A stretch of 64,000 nucleotides of DNA from an uncultured Spirochaetota bacterium (GTDB lineage Bacteria; Spirochaetota; Brevinematia; Brevinematales; JAOACQ01). The position numbers were made by a program, and so were the translations under genes. The stretch is from the NCBI GenBank assembly GCA_963783575.1, contig CAWAOD010000003.1, positions 64,001 to 128,000 of the forward strand, given 5' to 3'. Shown piece after piece: positions 1 through 11,652 of the stretch (position 1 is its first letter; every line of letters begins with the position of its first letter). The notes beneath the pieces are model-generated. The model did not search any database. It was not told the DNA's origin and saw only the letters and a list, made by a program, of their open reading frames with translations.

Positions 1-259
1 CGAGGTTTTGATACCATAGAGAATTTTCAATTCAGCGTCTATTGTCTTCCAACCCATATCGCATAAACTTTCATAATGAAACCTTATTGCTTTTAATATC
101 AGCCATTTCAGTGCTCATTTCATTATTTTTATTGAAAATAAGCATATCATAGCCATGAGTCTGTCAGACAGGGTCCAGTCAAATTATTTACATATTTTGA
201 TATCATTATTAAAAATGAATTGCCATTTACTGAGATTTTATTATAAATAAAGAATATTT

Positions 260-288
260 GTGACAATTTGTATAAAATATTATATAAT
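260..288 (+). promoter_or_regulatory. Predicted sigma70 promoter (GTGACA-N17-TATAAT)
   Basis: GTGACA at 260-265, 17-nt spacer, TATAAT at 283-288, upstream of the ORF at 491; a similar promoter lies at 2686-2714. Confidence 0.55.
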
Positions 289-490
289 AATTCGGTTAAC
301 ATATGGAAACTTTCCTGCTTGAAAATTAATAAAAAAGGGGGGTATTATAAGAAAGCTGCATAAGTTAATTTAGATAAAACATATAGTGAAAAAGAATTTG
401 GATCAATTGAATAATTATTAATACGGAATATTTGGATCAAAAAGTCTAACCGCCAAGAATCAATACTGTTATATTATCGATGGATGTTGT

Positions 491-2613
491 ATGAGGCATA
501 TTTATTATGTTTTGCTGGTAATTATACTTTTGCTGATAACAGGATGTTTTAATGAGCGGGTAAATATAATAAAAGTGAGACATGGGTTCATTAATTTATC
601 GGATATTAATTTTAAAAATGAACAAACAATAAAATTAGACGGTGAATGGGAATTTTACTGGAATAAATTATTAACATCGGATGATTTTGTCAATATCAAT
701 TCCAATATACAAACTCTTACATTGCCCGGTTCCTGGACAAAAGACATTAACCCCACAAACCAGGTTTCCAGATTCGGATTTGCAACTTTACGCCTAAAAT
801 TTACAATAAAATCCGGTAGCAATATTATTTATGGATTAAGAATCCGGGAAATTTGTACTGCTTACAATCTATTTTTAAATAATAATTTAATATTATCCAG
901 TGGCACGGTTGGACGGAATAAATCCGAATACAGCCCGAAATGGAAGAATCAAGTAGCGATTTTCAATCTCAGCCAACCCACCAATGAATTTATTCTTCAA
1001 ATTGCCAATTATGATCATATTTACAGTGGTGTATTATACAGTTTAGAATTCGGCCGGGTTGAAGAAATAGTTAAAAATCAGCAATACAGCCGTAACCTGG
1101 ACATGTTTCTTTTCGGCATTCTAATAATTATGGGTTTGTATCATCTGGGTTTATTTATTTTGAGAAGAAAAGATCTGTCCACCTTTTATTTTGGAATATT
1201 TACTTTATTAATCGCATCGAGGGTATTATTAACAGGGGAAAGAATACTGATTGATAATATCAATTTCTATGACTGGCAGTTCTTTACAAAGATTGAGTAT
1301 CTGCTTTCTCCTCTGGCGTCAATGTTTTTTATTTTGTATCTTGAGGTTCTGTATCCTGATGTGCTGAAAAATATTTTCACAGGTATTTTTAAATTAATAA
1401 GCATCATATATGCATTGATAGTAATTATAACTCCTGAATCGATATTCAGCGAAATCTTAAATTATTATTTTATAATAGTATTTTTAATCTGTTCTTATAT
1501 AATTTATGCTTTAATAAATGCTATGTTAAAAAAAAGGAAGGATGTTTTATTAGTTTTAATAAGCTTTTTTATTCTATTTATTTCAATCGTAAACGATGTG
1601 CTTTTTCTCAATCTTGTTGTTTATACCGGTTTGTCACTCCCTTACGGGGTGTTTCTTTTTATATTGTCACAATCCTTTCTTTTATCAATACGATTTTCAA
1701 AAGCATTTAATGATATAGAATCGCTAACCGTTCAATTGGAAGAATATAATTTAAGACTGGAAGAAAAGGTTGCCGGCAGGACTAAAGATCTTGAATTAGC
1801 AAATATTCAGATTGAAAGAGACAAAAATTTACTGAAACTCAGAAACATTGAAATGGAAAATCAACTGGAAATGGCTAAAAAGATTCAACTAAAATTAATC
1901 CCTCAAATATCACCCAATAAAAATATTTCTTTTCTCTATAAATCAATGGATAAGGTCGGAGGTGACTTTTTTGATATTATACAATTTAAAGAACCGCATT
2001 TAATCGGTATATTTGTTAGCGATGTATCAGGTCATGGCGTACCCGCAGCGCTGATAACATCAATGTTAAAAACAATCATCTCCAAGAACCGTCATGAAAA
2101 TAAATAATCCGGCAAATTTTATGATGAATTTAAACAATTCGTTATACAATCAAACCGGCGGTAATTTTATAACAGCGATCTACGGCATCTACAATCAAAA
2201 ACTGAGACATTTTACATATACTAATGCCGGCCATAATAATCCCTTTATTATAAAAAAGGATAAAATTGATATGCTGGAAAATGTAAATAAGAGACATGCC
2301 TCTGGCCATTATAAATAATGATGAATTAAAGGCAATTAACAAATCATTCAAAAACCATACGGTGGTATTAGAAACTGATAATAAACTCATTTTATATACG
2401 GATGGTATTACAGATACAGTGGAAAATAATAATAAAAATATTGATTCTAATACAGAATTCTTTGGAAACACTAGACTTATGAAAATATTTCTGGAAAACA
2501 AAGAAAAATCAGCCGGTGAATTTGTAGATATAGTTTATAACCAACTTGTTCAATTCCGGGGAAGCGATAACTTCGATGATGATGTCTGCCTTATCTGTGT
2601 AAATATTGAATAA
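491..2613 (+). CDS. 7TM-DISM sensor / SpoIIE (PP2C) family phosphatase, split by two frameshifts (ORFs 491-2107, 2094-2318, 2296-2613)
   Basis: LDGEWEFYW extracellular domain, multi-TM region, coiled coil, then PP2C motifs VGGDFFD, DVSGHGVPAAL, NAGH, LYTDGI and DDDVC in order across three frames. Confidence 0.85.
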
Positions 2614-2685
2614 TTAAAGAAGTTACTCAACCTGAAACATGTTTAAATGCTTTGTAAATATTATAATATAAAAACAGGTGATTTT

Positions 2686-2714
2686 GTGACATTTAGAATA
2701 ACTTATTATATAAT
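2686..2714 (+). promoter_or_regulatory. Predicted sigma70 promoter (GTGACA-N17-TATAAT)
   Basis: GTGACA at 2686-2691, TATAAT at 2709-2714, about 47 nt before the ATG at 2762. Confidence 0.55.
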
Positions 2715-2761
2715 AATAAGATTAACGATAGAAAACTATAAGATTTGATAATCAATGATGA

Positions 2762-3577
2762 ATGGAGCATAACTTGAGATTACCTGTATACCTGGATATC
2801 AGAAACTTTTTTACAATCTTGATTATCATTATCGCGGTTATCTTAGATCAAACCCGTTTTTGTTTTCATTTATTATTGAATAGAAAGAACGGAAAACCTT
2901 TTAACAGCATCAAAAATTCTTTATTAGGCAATTATATCGCCTGGAATTACTATTTGCACTGGAAACATGAAGGCGATGAATGGACTCAGGATGCATCATT
3001 AAATAATAAAGACCCGTTAGTCTGGAAAAATGAGATTCTGGAATTGATTTCACATTATGCTAAAAATAATTCGAATATTCTGGAAATAGGCCCTGGTTCG
3101 GGAAGATGGACAAGAACCCTGACAGCTTATGCTCAAAAACTTTATCTGGCTGATATCTCTGATAAGTGTCTGAAAATATGCAGAGAAAAGTTTCCGGATA
3201 AACCGCTGATCCTTATTGATTCCAGATTTAAGGAGTACAATTTCATTCCATCCGGCAGTATTGATTTTATCTGGTCTTATGACGTGTTTGTCCATTTGAA
3301 TCCAAAGGAAATCGGCGAATATTTTGAGTTATTCGGACGGATTTTAAAACAGGATGGGACGGCAATTATTCATCATATTGCAGATTTCCCGTCATTTTTT
3401 TATCGAATATATTATCACAGAAGCCACACCGATAATAAAATAATTATGGACATGCTCAGAAAGCACCATCTGCGGCTGGTAGAGCAGAAAGACGCAATAG
3501 CACATTTTAAAGGAGATACCGTCAGTATTATCCGTAAAGAATTATGCAATGACAATAATCAAATTCTTAACTATTAA
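2762..3577 (+). CDS. Class I SAM-dependent methyltransferase with N-terminal membrane anchor
   Basis: ILEIGPGSG motif I, ADIS, SIDFIWSYDVFVHL, RILKQDG. Confidence 0.85.
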   Translation: MEHNLRLPVYLDIRNFFTILIIIIAVILDQTRFCFHLLLNRKNGKPFNSIKNSLLGNYIAWNYYLHWKHEGDEWTQDASLNNKDPLVWKNEILELISHYAKNNSNILEIGPGSGRWTRTLTAYAQKLYLADISDKCLKICREKFPDKPLILIDSRFKEYNFIPSGSIDFIWSYDVFVHLNPKEIGEYFELFGRILKQDGTAIIHHIADFPSFFYRIYYHRSHTDNKIIMDMLRKHHLRLVEQKDAIAHFKGDTVSIIRKELCNDNNQILNY

Positions 3578-3618
3578 ACACTGTTATAAATTGATGGCAA
3601 TTATTTAGAGACAAGTAA

Positions 3619-4356
3619 TTATAACTCAAGGAAAAAAATATTGCTAAAAAAGAAAAAACCGCTCCCGATGACAGCATGAACGATTGATACCCCGACTATT
3701 GACCTGGTTTTTTCATAATAAAACCCCAGAAACACTGATAATACAAAAGTTAGTAAAAATACCTGAAATCCCAGTATTACATGAAAATTGGCAAAAACCA
3801 GAGAAGAGACAAGGATGGAATAAATTTTTTTATTTATAAAATCATCAAATAACGCGATAAAATAACTTTGAAGAATACCCCGGGTTATAAGTTCCTGTAA
3901 TGCAGCCACATATATATAAATGACATAATTAATATGAAATTTTATGTTAAAGCCATACTCCATATGTCCTGTTGAATATAAATATATCCTAATAAGAATT
4001 ACTATTCCAAGCCCAACAATGCTGATTATTGAACCGCTTACAATATTGAATTTCAGCCTGTTCAAATTCAATCCGTAATTCTTCATATGATACGGCATAA
4101 GAAAATAACAAGCAATTGAGACAATTGAAAGAAACACCGTATAGAAAATATTAATAGCGCCGAATTTTAATATCTTTTGATAATATAGTATCATGCAAAA
4201 TGTATTTATTGTAAAAGCAATAATTATAATATTAAAATTAACCTGAGATGTAATTAATCTTTTCCTATAAAGAGATTCCTTTGACACAGGATGATCGGTA
4301 TTCTTCTTTTTTGTTAAATACCGGATTAATTTTGAATTTATCAACTTAGATGACAT
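3619..4356 (-). CDS. CPBP (Abi/CAAX) family intramembrane protease
   Basis: Multi-TM protein with QELITRG, FANFH and IVHAVIG motifs. Confidence 0.8.
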   Translation of the reverse strand: MSSKLINSKLIRYLTKKKNTDHPVSKESLYRKRLITSQVNFNIIIIAFTINTFCMILYYQKILKFGAINIFYTVFLSIVSIACYFLMPYHMKNYGLNLNRLKFNIVSGSIISIVGLGIVILIRIYLYSTGHMEYGFNIKFHINYVIYIYVAALQELITRGILQSYFIALFDDFINKKIYSILVSSLVFANFHVILGFQVFLLTFVLSVFLGFYYEKTRSIVGVSIVHAVIGSGFFFFSNIFFLEL

Positions 4357-4490
4357 TTCCGCCTCATTTTAAAATACAATGTTATTAATTAATTATGATG
4401 GTTTGAAAAACCAGCATTATCATATACAAATAGTATATAAAATTATATCATCATAGTCAAAGAAAACAGAGATGCCAATGCGATCAAAAT

Positions 4491-5420
4491 CTAATTATGC
4501 TCTACTGTGATGACTACATTTCCCTTTTTGTGACCTTTATCGACATACCGGTGAGCCTCGGCCACCTGTTCCAGAGGATAGCACCTGTCGATTACGGGTT
4601 TTATCTTCCCTGTCTCAACCAGCCCCTTGAGTAAAATTAAATCTTCAATATATACCTTTGGTGTTCCATCGTCGACAGATATGTATTTTCCATAAGGAGC
4701 CAGCGCTTTTTTGCACTGAACCTTGAATTTTGAGCTTTTTCTCTTTCCGGCTGCGTCAAAAATAAAATCATAAAGCTCTCTTCTGTTAGTAAAATCCTCT
4801 TTTGTATAATCAATTACCGAATCTGCCTCAAGAGATTTCACAAATTCCAGATTTGTTGTACTGCAAACCCCGGTAACTTCAGCCCCAAAGTGCCTGGCAA
4901 GCTGCACGGCTGAAGTCCCGACTGCCCCGGAAGCTCCGTAAATAAGAATTTTTTTCCTTTTTTCAATATTTCCTTTTTTCAGATAATGCAATGCCAGAAG
5001 TCCGCCGTAAGGAACTGCCGCTGCTTCCTCATAGTTCACATTGTCTGGCTTAATTGCCAGCATCCCTTTTTCCGGCATACATTTGTACTCGGCATATGCT
5101 CCGAAAGCCGGAAAAAGGTCCCATCCAAACACATGATCACCTTTTTTAAATAATTTTACATCATTGCCAATAGATTCAATTTCTCCGGCCAGAACTATCC
5201 CGAGTATGGGCTGCCTCGGTTTCGTAAAGCCTATCGCCAGTCCCATCGGAAGCCAAAAACTGACAGGAACATTAAAACCCCGGATTATACAGTCACTTGC
5301 CGTTACTGCTGTTGCATGAATTTTTATCAAAACTTCATTTTTCCCAGGTGCAGGTTTTTCCACCTCTTTAAGCTTGAGAACTTCCGGCGGTCCGTATTTT
5401 ACGCATAAAATCGCTTTCAT
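4491..5420 (-). CDS. NAD(P)-dependent MDR oxidoreductase (quinone-oxidoreductase-like)
   Basis: [37 protein letters not shown]; paralog of 10595-11563. Confidence 0.9.
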   Translation of the reverse strand: MKAILCVKYGPPEVLKLKEVEKPAPGKNEVLIKIHATAVTASDCIIRGFNVPVSFWLPMGLAIGFTKPRQPILGIVLAGEIESIGNDVKLFKKGDHVFGWDLFPAFGAYAEYKCMPEKGMLAIKPDNVNYEEAAAVPYGGLLALHYLKKGNIEKRKKILIYGASGAVGTSAVQLARHFGAEVTGVCSTTNLEFVKSLEADSVIDYTKEDFTNRRELYDFIFDAAGKRKSSKFKVQCKKALAPYGKYISVDDGTPKVYIEDLILLKGLVETGKIKPVIDRCYPLEQVAEAHRYVDKGHKKGNVVITVEHN

Positions 5421-5451
5421 TCAAGTCTCCTCTTAAAATAATTGTGATTTT

Positions 5452-6093
5452 TTAAGTCCGTTTTTTTGCAACAATAAAATAACCATTTATCATATGATAG
5501 ATTTTTTCGGTTCCAATAATCTGTAGATCTTTGCTAGTTATTATATTTTCTAATTCGGAAAATTTAAATCTTTTCAAATTTTGAGAAACCAAACCGGTTT
5601 TACTAAGTATGATAATTGGATAAAATAGAAGTTTAGCCAGTAAAGCCATATTTTCTGCAAGACATGGAGTTGATGAAATAAATAAACCTCCCGGCTTCAA
5701 TAATTCGGTTATTCTTTGTATAACCTGCCGGTTATCTTCCATTAAATGAAGAATATTGAATGCCAATATCACATCAAATGATCTTTTTTTATATTTTTCA
5801 TCATATATACTTGCCTGCTTAAAATCAATATTTTCAATTTTATATTCAATTGCCTTTCTTTTCGCAATCTCGATCATTTTGGATGATATATCAATGGCAT
5901 GAATCTTTTTCACATTACCGGCAATTTCGATGGCTAAAGTTCCAGGTCCGCAGCCAAATTCTAAAACAATATCTTTTGCATTAAGATATTTTTTAGTTTT
6001 ATCAATAATCCTTATCAAACCCGGGTCAGGACGCTTTTCAACCTTTTCATATTTATTCGCTATCTTATCCCAAAATTTTTCCGTTTTATTCAT
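5452..6093 (-). CDS. Class I SAM-dependent methyltransferase
   Basis: VLEFGCGPG, IDISSKM, FDVILAFNILH, LKPGG. Confidence 0.9.
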   Translation of the reverse strand: MNKTEKFWDKIANKYEKVEKRPDPGLIRIIDKTKKYLNAKDIVLEFGCGPGTLAIEIAGNVKKIHAIDISSKMIEIAKRKAIEYKIENIDFKQASIYDEKYKKRSFDVILAFNILHLMEDNRQVIQRITELLKPGGLFISSTPCLAENMALLAKLLFYPIIILSKTGLVSQNLKRFKFSELENIITSKDLQIIGTEKIYHMINGYFIVAKKRT

Positions 6094-6224
6094 TTCAATT
6101 CCTCCTGGGATTTCTCCGTTGGATTTTTTAGTCTCATTATTTTTCCAATATTTTCAAAGTTTATTTTATCTACCCCATTGTATGGGATAGTGCGGGTTTT
6201 ATCCTGCGATAGAGTCCAAGCCGC

Positions 6225-6649
6225 TTAAAACTCAATCCTGAAACCGGCGAGTGGAACCAGCGGCACCTTTTCCAGGCCGTTGACATAAGTATAGGATATC
6301 TAGCCTGAAAGCCAATCTCCTTTTTTAGGCTTTTTCTGAAGGTAAATACCTTCGATCCTAAACATATAATCCGGATCAGAGTAATCGCCACCTATTATAG
6401 CATGATAAACCTTTTCGCTCTGTAGACCGGGATTACCAGTATTGCTGTCCATCTCAAGAATATTCATGGGAAATTTATGATACAGAAGCCCTTATTGTCG
6501 CTAATAAGGTTTAGTTTGAGCTCGGGTATAGCAAGGCTCGCATCCTCAACCGGGACTCTGCCATCCGTGACTTTTACGGCAAGAGTCGCCGGATAAATCG
6601 AGACGAATGCCATGAAAAAGAAGACCGGTATGACAATTATTTTCTTCAT
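6225..6649 (-). pseudogene. Heavily deleted TonB-dependent receptor remnant
   Basis: Signal peptide plus short N-domain (6464-6649), then in another frame GNPGLQSEK...FRIEGIYLQKK...LSG*ISYTY...PLAGFRIEF-stop, with an in-frame TAG at 6300-6302 and a terminal Phe. Confidence 0.6.
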
Positions 6650-6673
6650 TTAAACAACTCCTTAAAGTATATT

Positions 6674-6943
6674 TTACTTTTCGATATCCGGCAAATCTGT
6701 ATCGGGTATACATGTAAGCCCTGTCCGGGGAGCGTGTTCTACAGGACTGATCGAGACCAGAGGTATACCCAGATCACGCAGTTTCTTCAGCAGCCCATAC
6801 AGCGCGGCCTGATCGGCAACCGGGCCGGTTAAAAGAGTATCGCCGTTTTCTTCAAGCGCGATGGTCAGGCCAAACCAGTCTGTCCATTGCCGGCCAAGAT
6901 GGCCTTTTATCCTGATTTGATAGATCATGGATTGCCCCTCCAT
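6674..6943 (-). CDS. Small conserved hypothetical protein of the type found beside MalT-like LuxR regulators
   Basis: YQIRIKGHL..W..WF..LTGPVADQAALYGLLKKLRDLG signature. Confidence 0.75.
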   Translation of the reverse strand: MEGQSMIYQIRIKGHLGRQWTDWFGLTIALEENGDTLLTGPVADQAALYGLLKKLRDLGIPLVSISPVEHAPRTGLTCIPDTDLPDIEK

Positions 6944-7749
6944 GTCCCTGCTTTTTCAAGCTTTAATATGCCATCGGGATTTTTAGTTTCAATAACCAAA
7001 CCGCGGCTGCCTATTTCAATATATATAAAGTCCTGTGACACATCATGGAAGCCCTGAATAAGTTTGCCAATAAATGGATCTGCAATGGTATAGCCATATT
7101 TACCCACCTTGAATTTTCCAGCCGGTACATCAACGGTTTCATCACCGTAATATTTCGAGCTTATTGGTATAGGGTCTTTCACAACCCGGGGAATGATCGA
7201 ATAAGCTATGCCGGGCTTGCTCATATCAAGAAAACGCATTCCGATAACAATCGAATCAGGATCCCAGCATGAATATCCCGGCTTTATAGGCATATGGCTA
7301 TTCATTGTTGAAATTGTATATCCGTCCCAGTAATATTCCCTGAAGATGGCCTTCATATCATTTGTGTCAATATCAATTTCAAAGCCTGCCTGTCCTTTAT
7401 TTTTTGTTTTTTTAATTTCATCAAGCCGCATGCTACGGCTTTTTATCAATGACCCTCCTGATAATGAAACCTCTATGCGTTCATGGTAATTTGTATAACT
7501 TTCAGGCATATTTTCTTCCGTATTGGTCCTGTCAATGTATATGACAGCACGGTCATTCCCTTTAAGCCGGATGACAATATTCATTATACCGGTTATTTCA
7601 CCTCCCTGATAATAGCCATAAACAAGGAATTCCCCGTCGGTAACTTTTACTTTTTTTACCGCGGCAGGCCCGTTCCCGCCTGCAAAAATCCCGCAACCGC
7701 ATATTGCCGAAATCAGCATCAATATGATAATTATTTTATATTCTTGCAT
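6925..7749 (-). CDS. Exported DUF3108-like protein, paralog of 30470-31309 and 31313-32152
   Basis: Signal peptide; shares DGE(F/Y), GGE, YWDGY, RFLD, ETVxxPAGxxK and DPF blocks with both paralogs. Confidence 0.65.
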   Translation of the reverse strand: MQEYKIIIILMLISAICGCGIFAGGNGPAAVKKVKVTDGEFLVYGYYQGGEITGIMNIVIRLKGNDRAVIYIDRTNTEENMPESYTNYHERIEVSLSGGSLIKSRSMRLDEIKKTKNKGQAGFEIDIDTNDMKAIFREYYWDGYTISTMNSHMPIKPGYSCWDPDSIVIGMRFLDMSKPGIAYSIIPRVVKDPIPISSKYYGDETVDVPAGKFKVGKYGYTIADPFIGKLIQGFHDVSQDFIYIEIGSRGLVIETKNPDGILKLEKAGTWRGNP

Positions 7750-7898
7750 AATCCGTCCTCCTTTTTTTTATTCATTCACAGAGTTTAATTTAACAATATT
7801 ATAAATGAAAGGAGTATTGCTTTAAAGATACTAAAGTACTGTTTTAAGGTATTGTTTTTTGGTGGAATTCTGGATTTGCTTGAAAATTAGCTTTTATT

Positions 7899-10563
7899 CT
7901 ACAAAAGCCCTAGCTCGCGAGCGCGCGCTGCGGCTTCTATGCGGTTTTGTACCTGAAGCTTGCCGAAGATATTCCTGTTGTGGCCTTTAACGGAACTCAA
8001 TGCGAGGAAAAGCCGCTCGCAAATCTCATTATTTGAGAGTCCCTGGGCAATGAGACGAAGCACTTCCAGTTCACGCTGACTTAGCGGTTCGATGAGAGGC
8101 TGGGATGATAGCGGATATGATTTGTCTTCTTTGTTTTTCAAAGTTTTAAACACAGCCAGAAGTTTGCCAGTATAGTCCGGCTTAATCCCATGAACTAAGG
8201 CTTCCGATAATAGCCTGGCCATAGGCAGCCCTTCATCTATAAAGATACGGATGAAGCCGCCCGGTTCTGCCATTACAAGCGCATCACCCAGCAGCTGTAA
8301 AGCACTGTCTTTTTCTCCATGTTCATATAGCGCTATTGTCTGTAAAACCATCAACTTAAGCAGTTCATCCTTCCAGCCCTTCGCCTCAGTCTGCCGGCGC
8401 AATGGATCCAGCGCCAACAGCGCAGCTGAAGTTTCTCCCCTTGCCAGGCATACCCTGGCAAGGCTGGCGGGGAGATCGATTTTTCCCGGCCAGTTGAGCG
8501 GCTGCCTCAATATTACCCTGATGAAGAAGTATCAGTACCTGCATGGCAGCGATTTCGGGAATCCTGTAAACAAAGTTATGCTTATGAACAGCTTGGTCAG
8601 CCTCAACTAAAACAGAGGCCGCACCGGCTGAATCTCCCATAGCAAGTTTAAGGCGGGCAAGAAATACTTCACATAAAATGAATCTGTCAATAACACTCTC
8701 ATACTGCCGGGCCAGTTGAAGGCTCTTTTGCCCATGCTGCAGAGCGGTATCAAGATTGTTCCATTCATATAATATGCGTGCCAGGCCAAGGTGCACTTCG
8801 CCGGCATTTGGCTGCGGATGGTCGCCGAAAAGCTGCAGAGCCCGTTGGTAGGTTTCGGCAGCCTGGTAAAGCTGGTTTTCCAGCTCCTGTATTAAACCGA
8901 GTCCGCTAGTAGCTAAAACTTTGTTGAAGATATTACCGGACGCCTGACTAATTGTTAAGGCTTCGGTAAAGGCCCGGCCGGCTGAAACACGGTCTCCCTG
9001 AAAACCATAGGCCGTCCCAAGTATCCAGTTAGAGGTAGCCCGGAAAGTCAGGTTGTCGGGATGAAGATACTCCAGTGCGCGGCGCGATTGTACAATCATC
9101 GCTTCTGTCTGGTACCGGGTAAGCGCCAGCGTAGCCCTTGCAGTGGCAATTTGTCCGGCAAGGTTTCTTGTCTTTTCGTCCGGTTCGGTGCCATGCAAGG
9201 CTGCTTCAGCCGCTTGCAGCTTCTCTTCAACACCGGAGGTTTGACCGGTAACCAGTAACATTGTGCCATACCTTACCCATAACATAGGCCTGGTATCCAG
9301 TACTTCATTCGGAAGCGAAGCCAGCCAGTCCAAAATGGCGGTTACCGCACCGCGAAAGTGTATGGGCATCCCTTTCCCATCAATCAGCCGTTCAGCGCGC
9401 TCAATATCATTGGCGGCAGCAGCATGTTGAAAAGCCTCAATCTCCAGGTTATTGCTTTCATACCACCGGCTCGCTCGAATATGCAATTCGGACACATCCG
9501 CGGAGGCAGTATTCTGGAGCAGCCGCTGCCTCAACAAATCGGCAAAGAGATGATGATAGCGGTACCAACGCCGATCGTTGTCCAGGGGAATGACAAAGAG
9601 GTTGGCGTGTTCGAGATATTCAAGGGTTTCCTGCCCGCAAGCTGATGAATCCGGCAGAATGGCATCGCAAAGCGGCCCGCACAGTCGATCGAGGATAGAC
9701 GTACGCAGCAGGAAATACTGGATATTTTCGGATTGCTGACTCAGGACTTCTTCAACCAGATAGTCCAGTACGAAATGGTGGCTGCCGGTAAAAGATCTGA
9801 TAAAGCCGGCAGTGTCTTTATTCCCCTGCATTGAAAGCGCGGCTAATTGTAAGCCGGCAATCCAGCCTTCTGTCCGGGTTTCTAATGCGGCGATATCTTC
9901 CAAAGAGAGGGTTAAGCCCATCGTATTGTTGAGAAATCCTGCGGCTTCGGAAGGAGTAAACCGCAGGTCACCGACACGCAGTTCGGTCAATTGACCACGG
10001 GCGCGTAAACTGGCCAAAGGTAGATTCGGATCCTCACGGGTGGCAATTATCAGGTGCATCTGCGGCGGCATGCGCTCTATCAGAAAGACAAGGGCATTAT
10101 CAACCGGTCTGGCATCAATAACATGGTAGTCGTCAAGGACTATAGTAAAATCCTGAGGTATGGCGGATATTTCATTGATAAGCGCTGTCAGAATAGACTC
10201 GGTTGACGGTGGTTGAGGAGATTGGAGCGCCCCCAGCAATCCTTCTCCAAGATTCTTTGCAATCCAGGCAGGCTCACTGCTGGCTTTACTCAATTCAAGC
10301 GTCTGCAAACCGGCAATGAGGTAAGTCAGAAAACGGGCGGGGTCATTGTCCCCTTCGTCCAGCGACAGCCAGGCAACCGGCTGCCTGCAATAAGCGGCCC
10401 ATTCGATGACCAGCGTTGTTTTACCAAACCCTGCCGGTGCAGAGATGAGGGTCAGTTTGCTCTGAAAGTCCTTGTTTAACCGCTTAATCAAGCGGGTGCG
10501 AAGGACAGTGTTAGGCCGGGGCGAGGGGATATAAAGTTTAGTGGTTAAAATTAATTTTGACAT
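7899..10563 (-). CDS. MalT-like ATP-dependent LuxR-family transcriptional regulator, one frameshift near 8480
   Basis: TKLYIP, APAGFGKTT Walker A, VLDDYH Walker B, RTEGWIAGLQL, YRYHHLF, TPR-like region, C-terminal LSQRELEVL HTH in ORF 7899-8510. Confidence 0.9.
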
Positions 10564-10594
10564 AAACTAATTATCACATTTAATTGTATTTTTA

Positions 10595-11563
10595 TTACAT
10601 AGTTATTAATATTTTTCCCCGTGCATGCCCTTCTTCAAGATACCGTAAAGCTTGTGCAGCCTCTCTTAAAGGGTAACGCCTATCTATAACAGGTTTAATT
10701 CTGCCGGCTTCGAGAAGCTCTTTTATGAAAACCAAATCTTTCTGGTTTGATTTTGCAATCATACCCCCCATTTTCTTACCTCCGCCCATTGACATTAAAG
10801 GCCCCAGTAATAAAGCCTCAAGCATTTGAGCCCCGGAACCCCCGGCCATCACATAAATTCCATTAGAACTTAATGCACGCTTATAATCCGAAATAGGATG
10901 ATATCCGTTAGCAGCAAGTATAAGGTCATAATGCTGACCGTTTTGGGTGAAATCTTCCCTGGTATAATCAATAGCATGGTCAGCCCCAATCGAGAGTATC
11001 ATATCCAGATTCCTGGTGCTGCATACACCGGTAACTTCAGCCCCAAAGTATTTGGCAATCTGTACCGCAAACGTACCCACTCCTCCTGAAGCACCGTTAA
11101 TTAAAACCTTTTGTCCCGGCTGAATCTGCCCTTTATTGCGAAGCCCCTGAAGCGCGGTAATTGCCGCCACAGGTACAGCGGCTGCCTCATCAAAAGAAAT
11201 ATTGGCCGGTTTAAGTACCAAAGCATCTTCACTGGCACAAGCATACTCGGCAAAACCTCCCAAACCGCAAACGAATAAATTCCCGAATACCTCATCGCCC
11301 GCCTTAAAATGTTTCACATTTCTTCCAACCTCTTCAACCTTTCCTGCTATGTCAGCTCCGAGTATCGTGTTTTTTGGTTTTAAAAACCCGGTGAATAAGC
11401 GTGCAACAAACGGGTCAGCTCTAAGAAGATGACTGTCGGCCGGATTCACGGATGTCGCATGAATTTTTACCAGAACTCCATCTTCCTTTAAGGCGGGTTT
11501 TTCCACCTCTTTAAGGTGAAGAACATCAGGTGAACCATATTTTTCGTATACAATTGCTTTCAT
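10595..11563 (-). CDS. NAD(P)-dependent MDR oxidoreductase
   Basis: YGSPDVL, VLINGASGGVG, KPVIDRRYPL, GHARGK. Confidence 0.9.
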   Translation of the reverse strand: MKAIVYEKYGSPDVLHLKEVEKPALKEDGVLVKIHATSVNPADSHLLRADPFVARLFTGFLKPKNTILGADIAGKVEEVGRNVKHFKAGDEVFGNLFVCGLGGFAEYACASEDALVLKPANISFDEAAAVPVAAITALQGLRNKGQIQPGQKVLINGASGGVGTFAVQIAKYFGAEVTGVCSTRNLDMILSIGADHAIDYTREDFTQNGQHYDLILAANGYHPISDYKRALSSNGIYVMAGGSGAQMLEALLLGPLMSMGGGKKMGGMIAKSNQKDLVFIKELLEAGRIKPVIDRRYPLREAAQALRYLEEGHARGKILITM

Positions 11564-11652
11564 AAAACTCTCCTGAATCGTTAGATTATTTTAAATGAGA
11601 TTTTCGAAATGTTCTCATTTCAATTTAAATTATATCATAATCTTAATGTTTT

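Noticed and set aside
1..150. Possible gene running off the left edge on the minus strand
   Set aside because: Candidate frames contain stops or lack a clear start and RBS; too short to call
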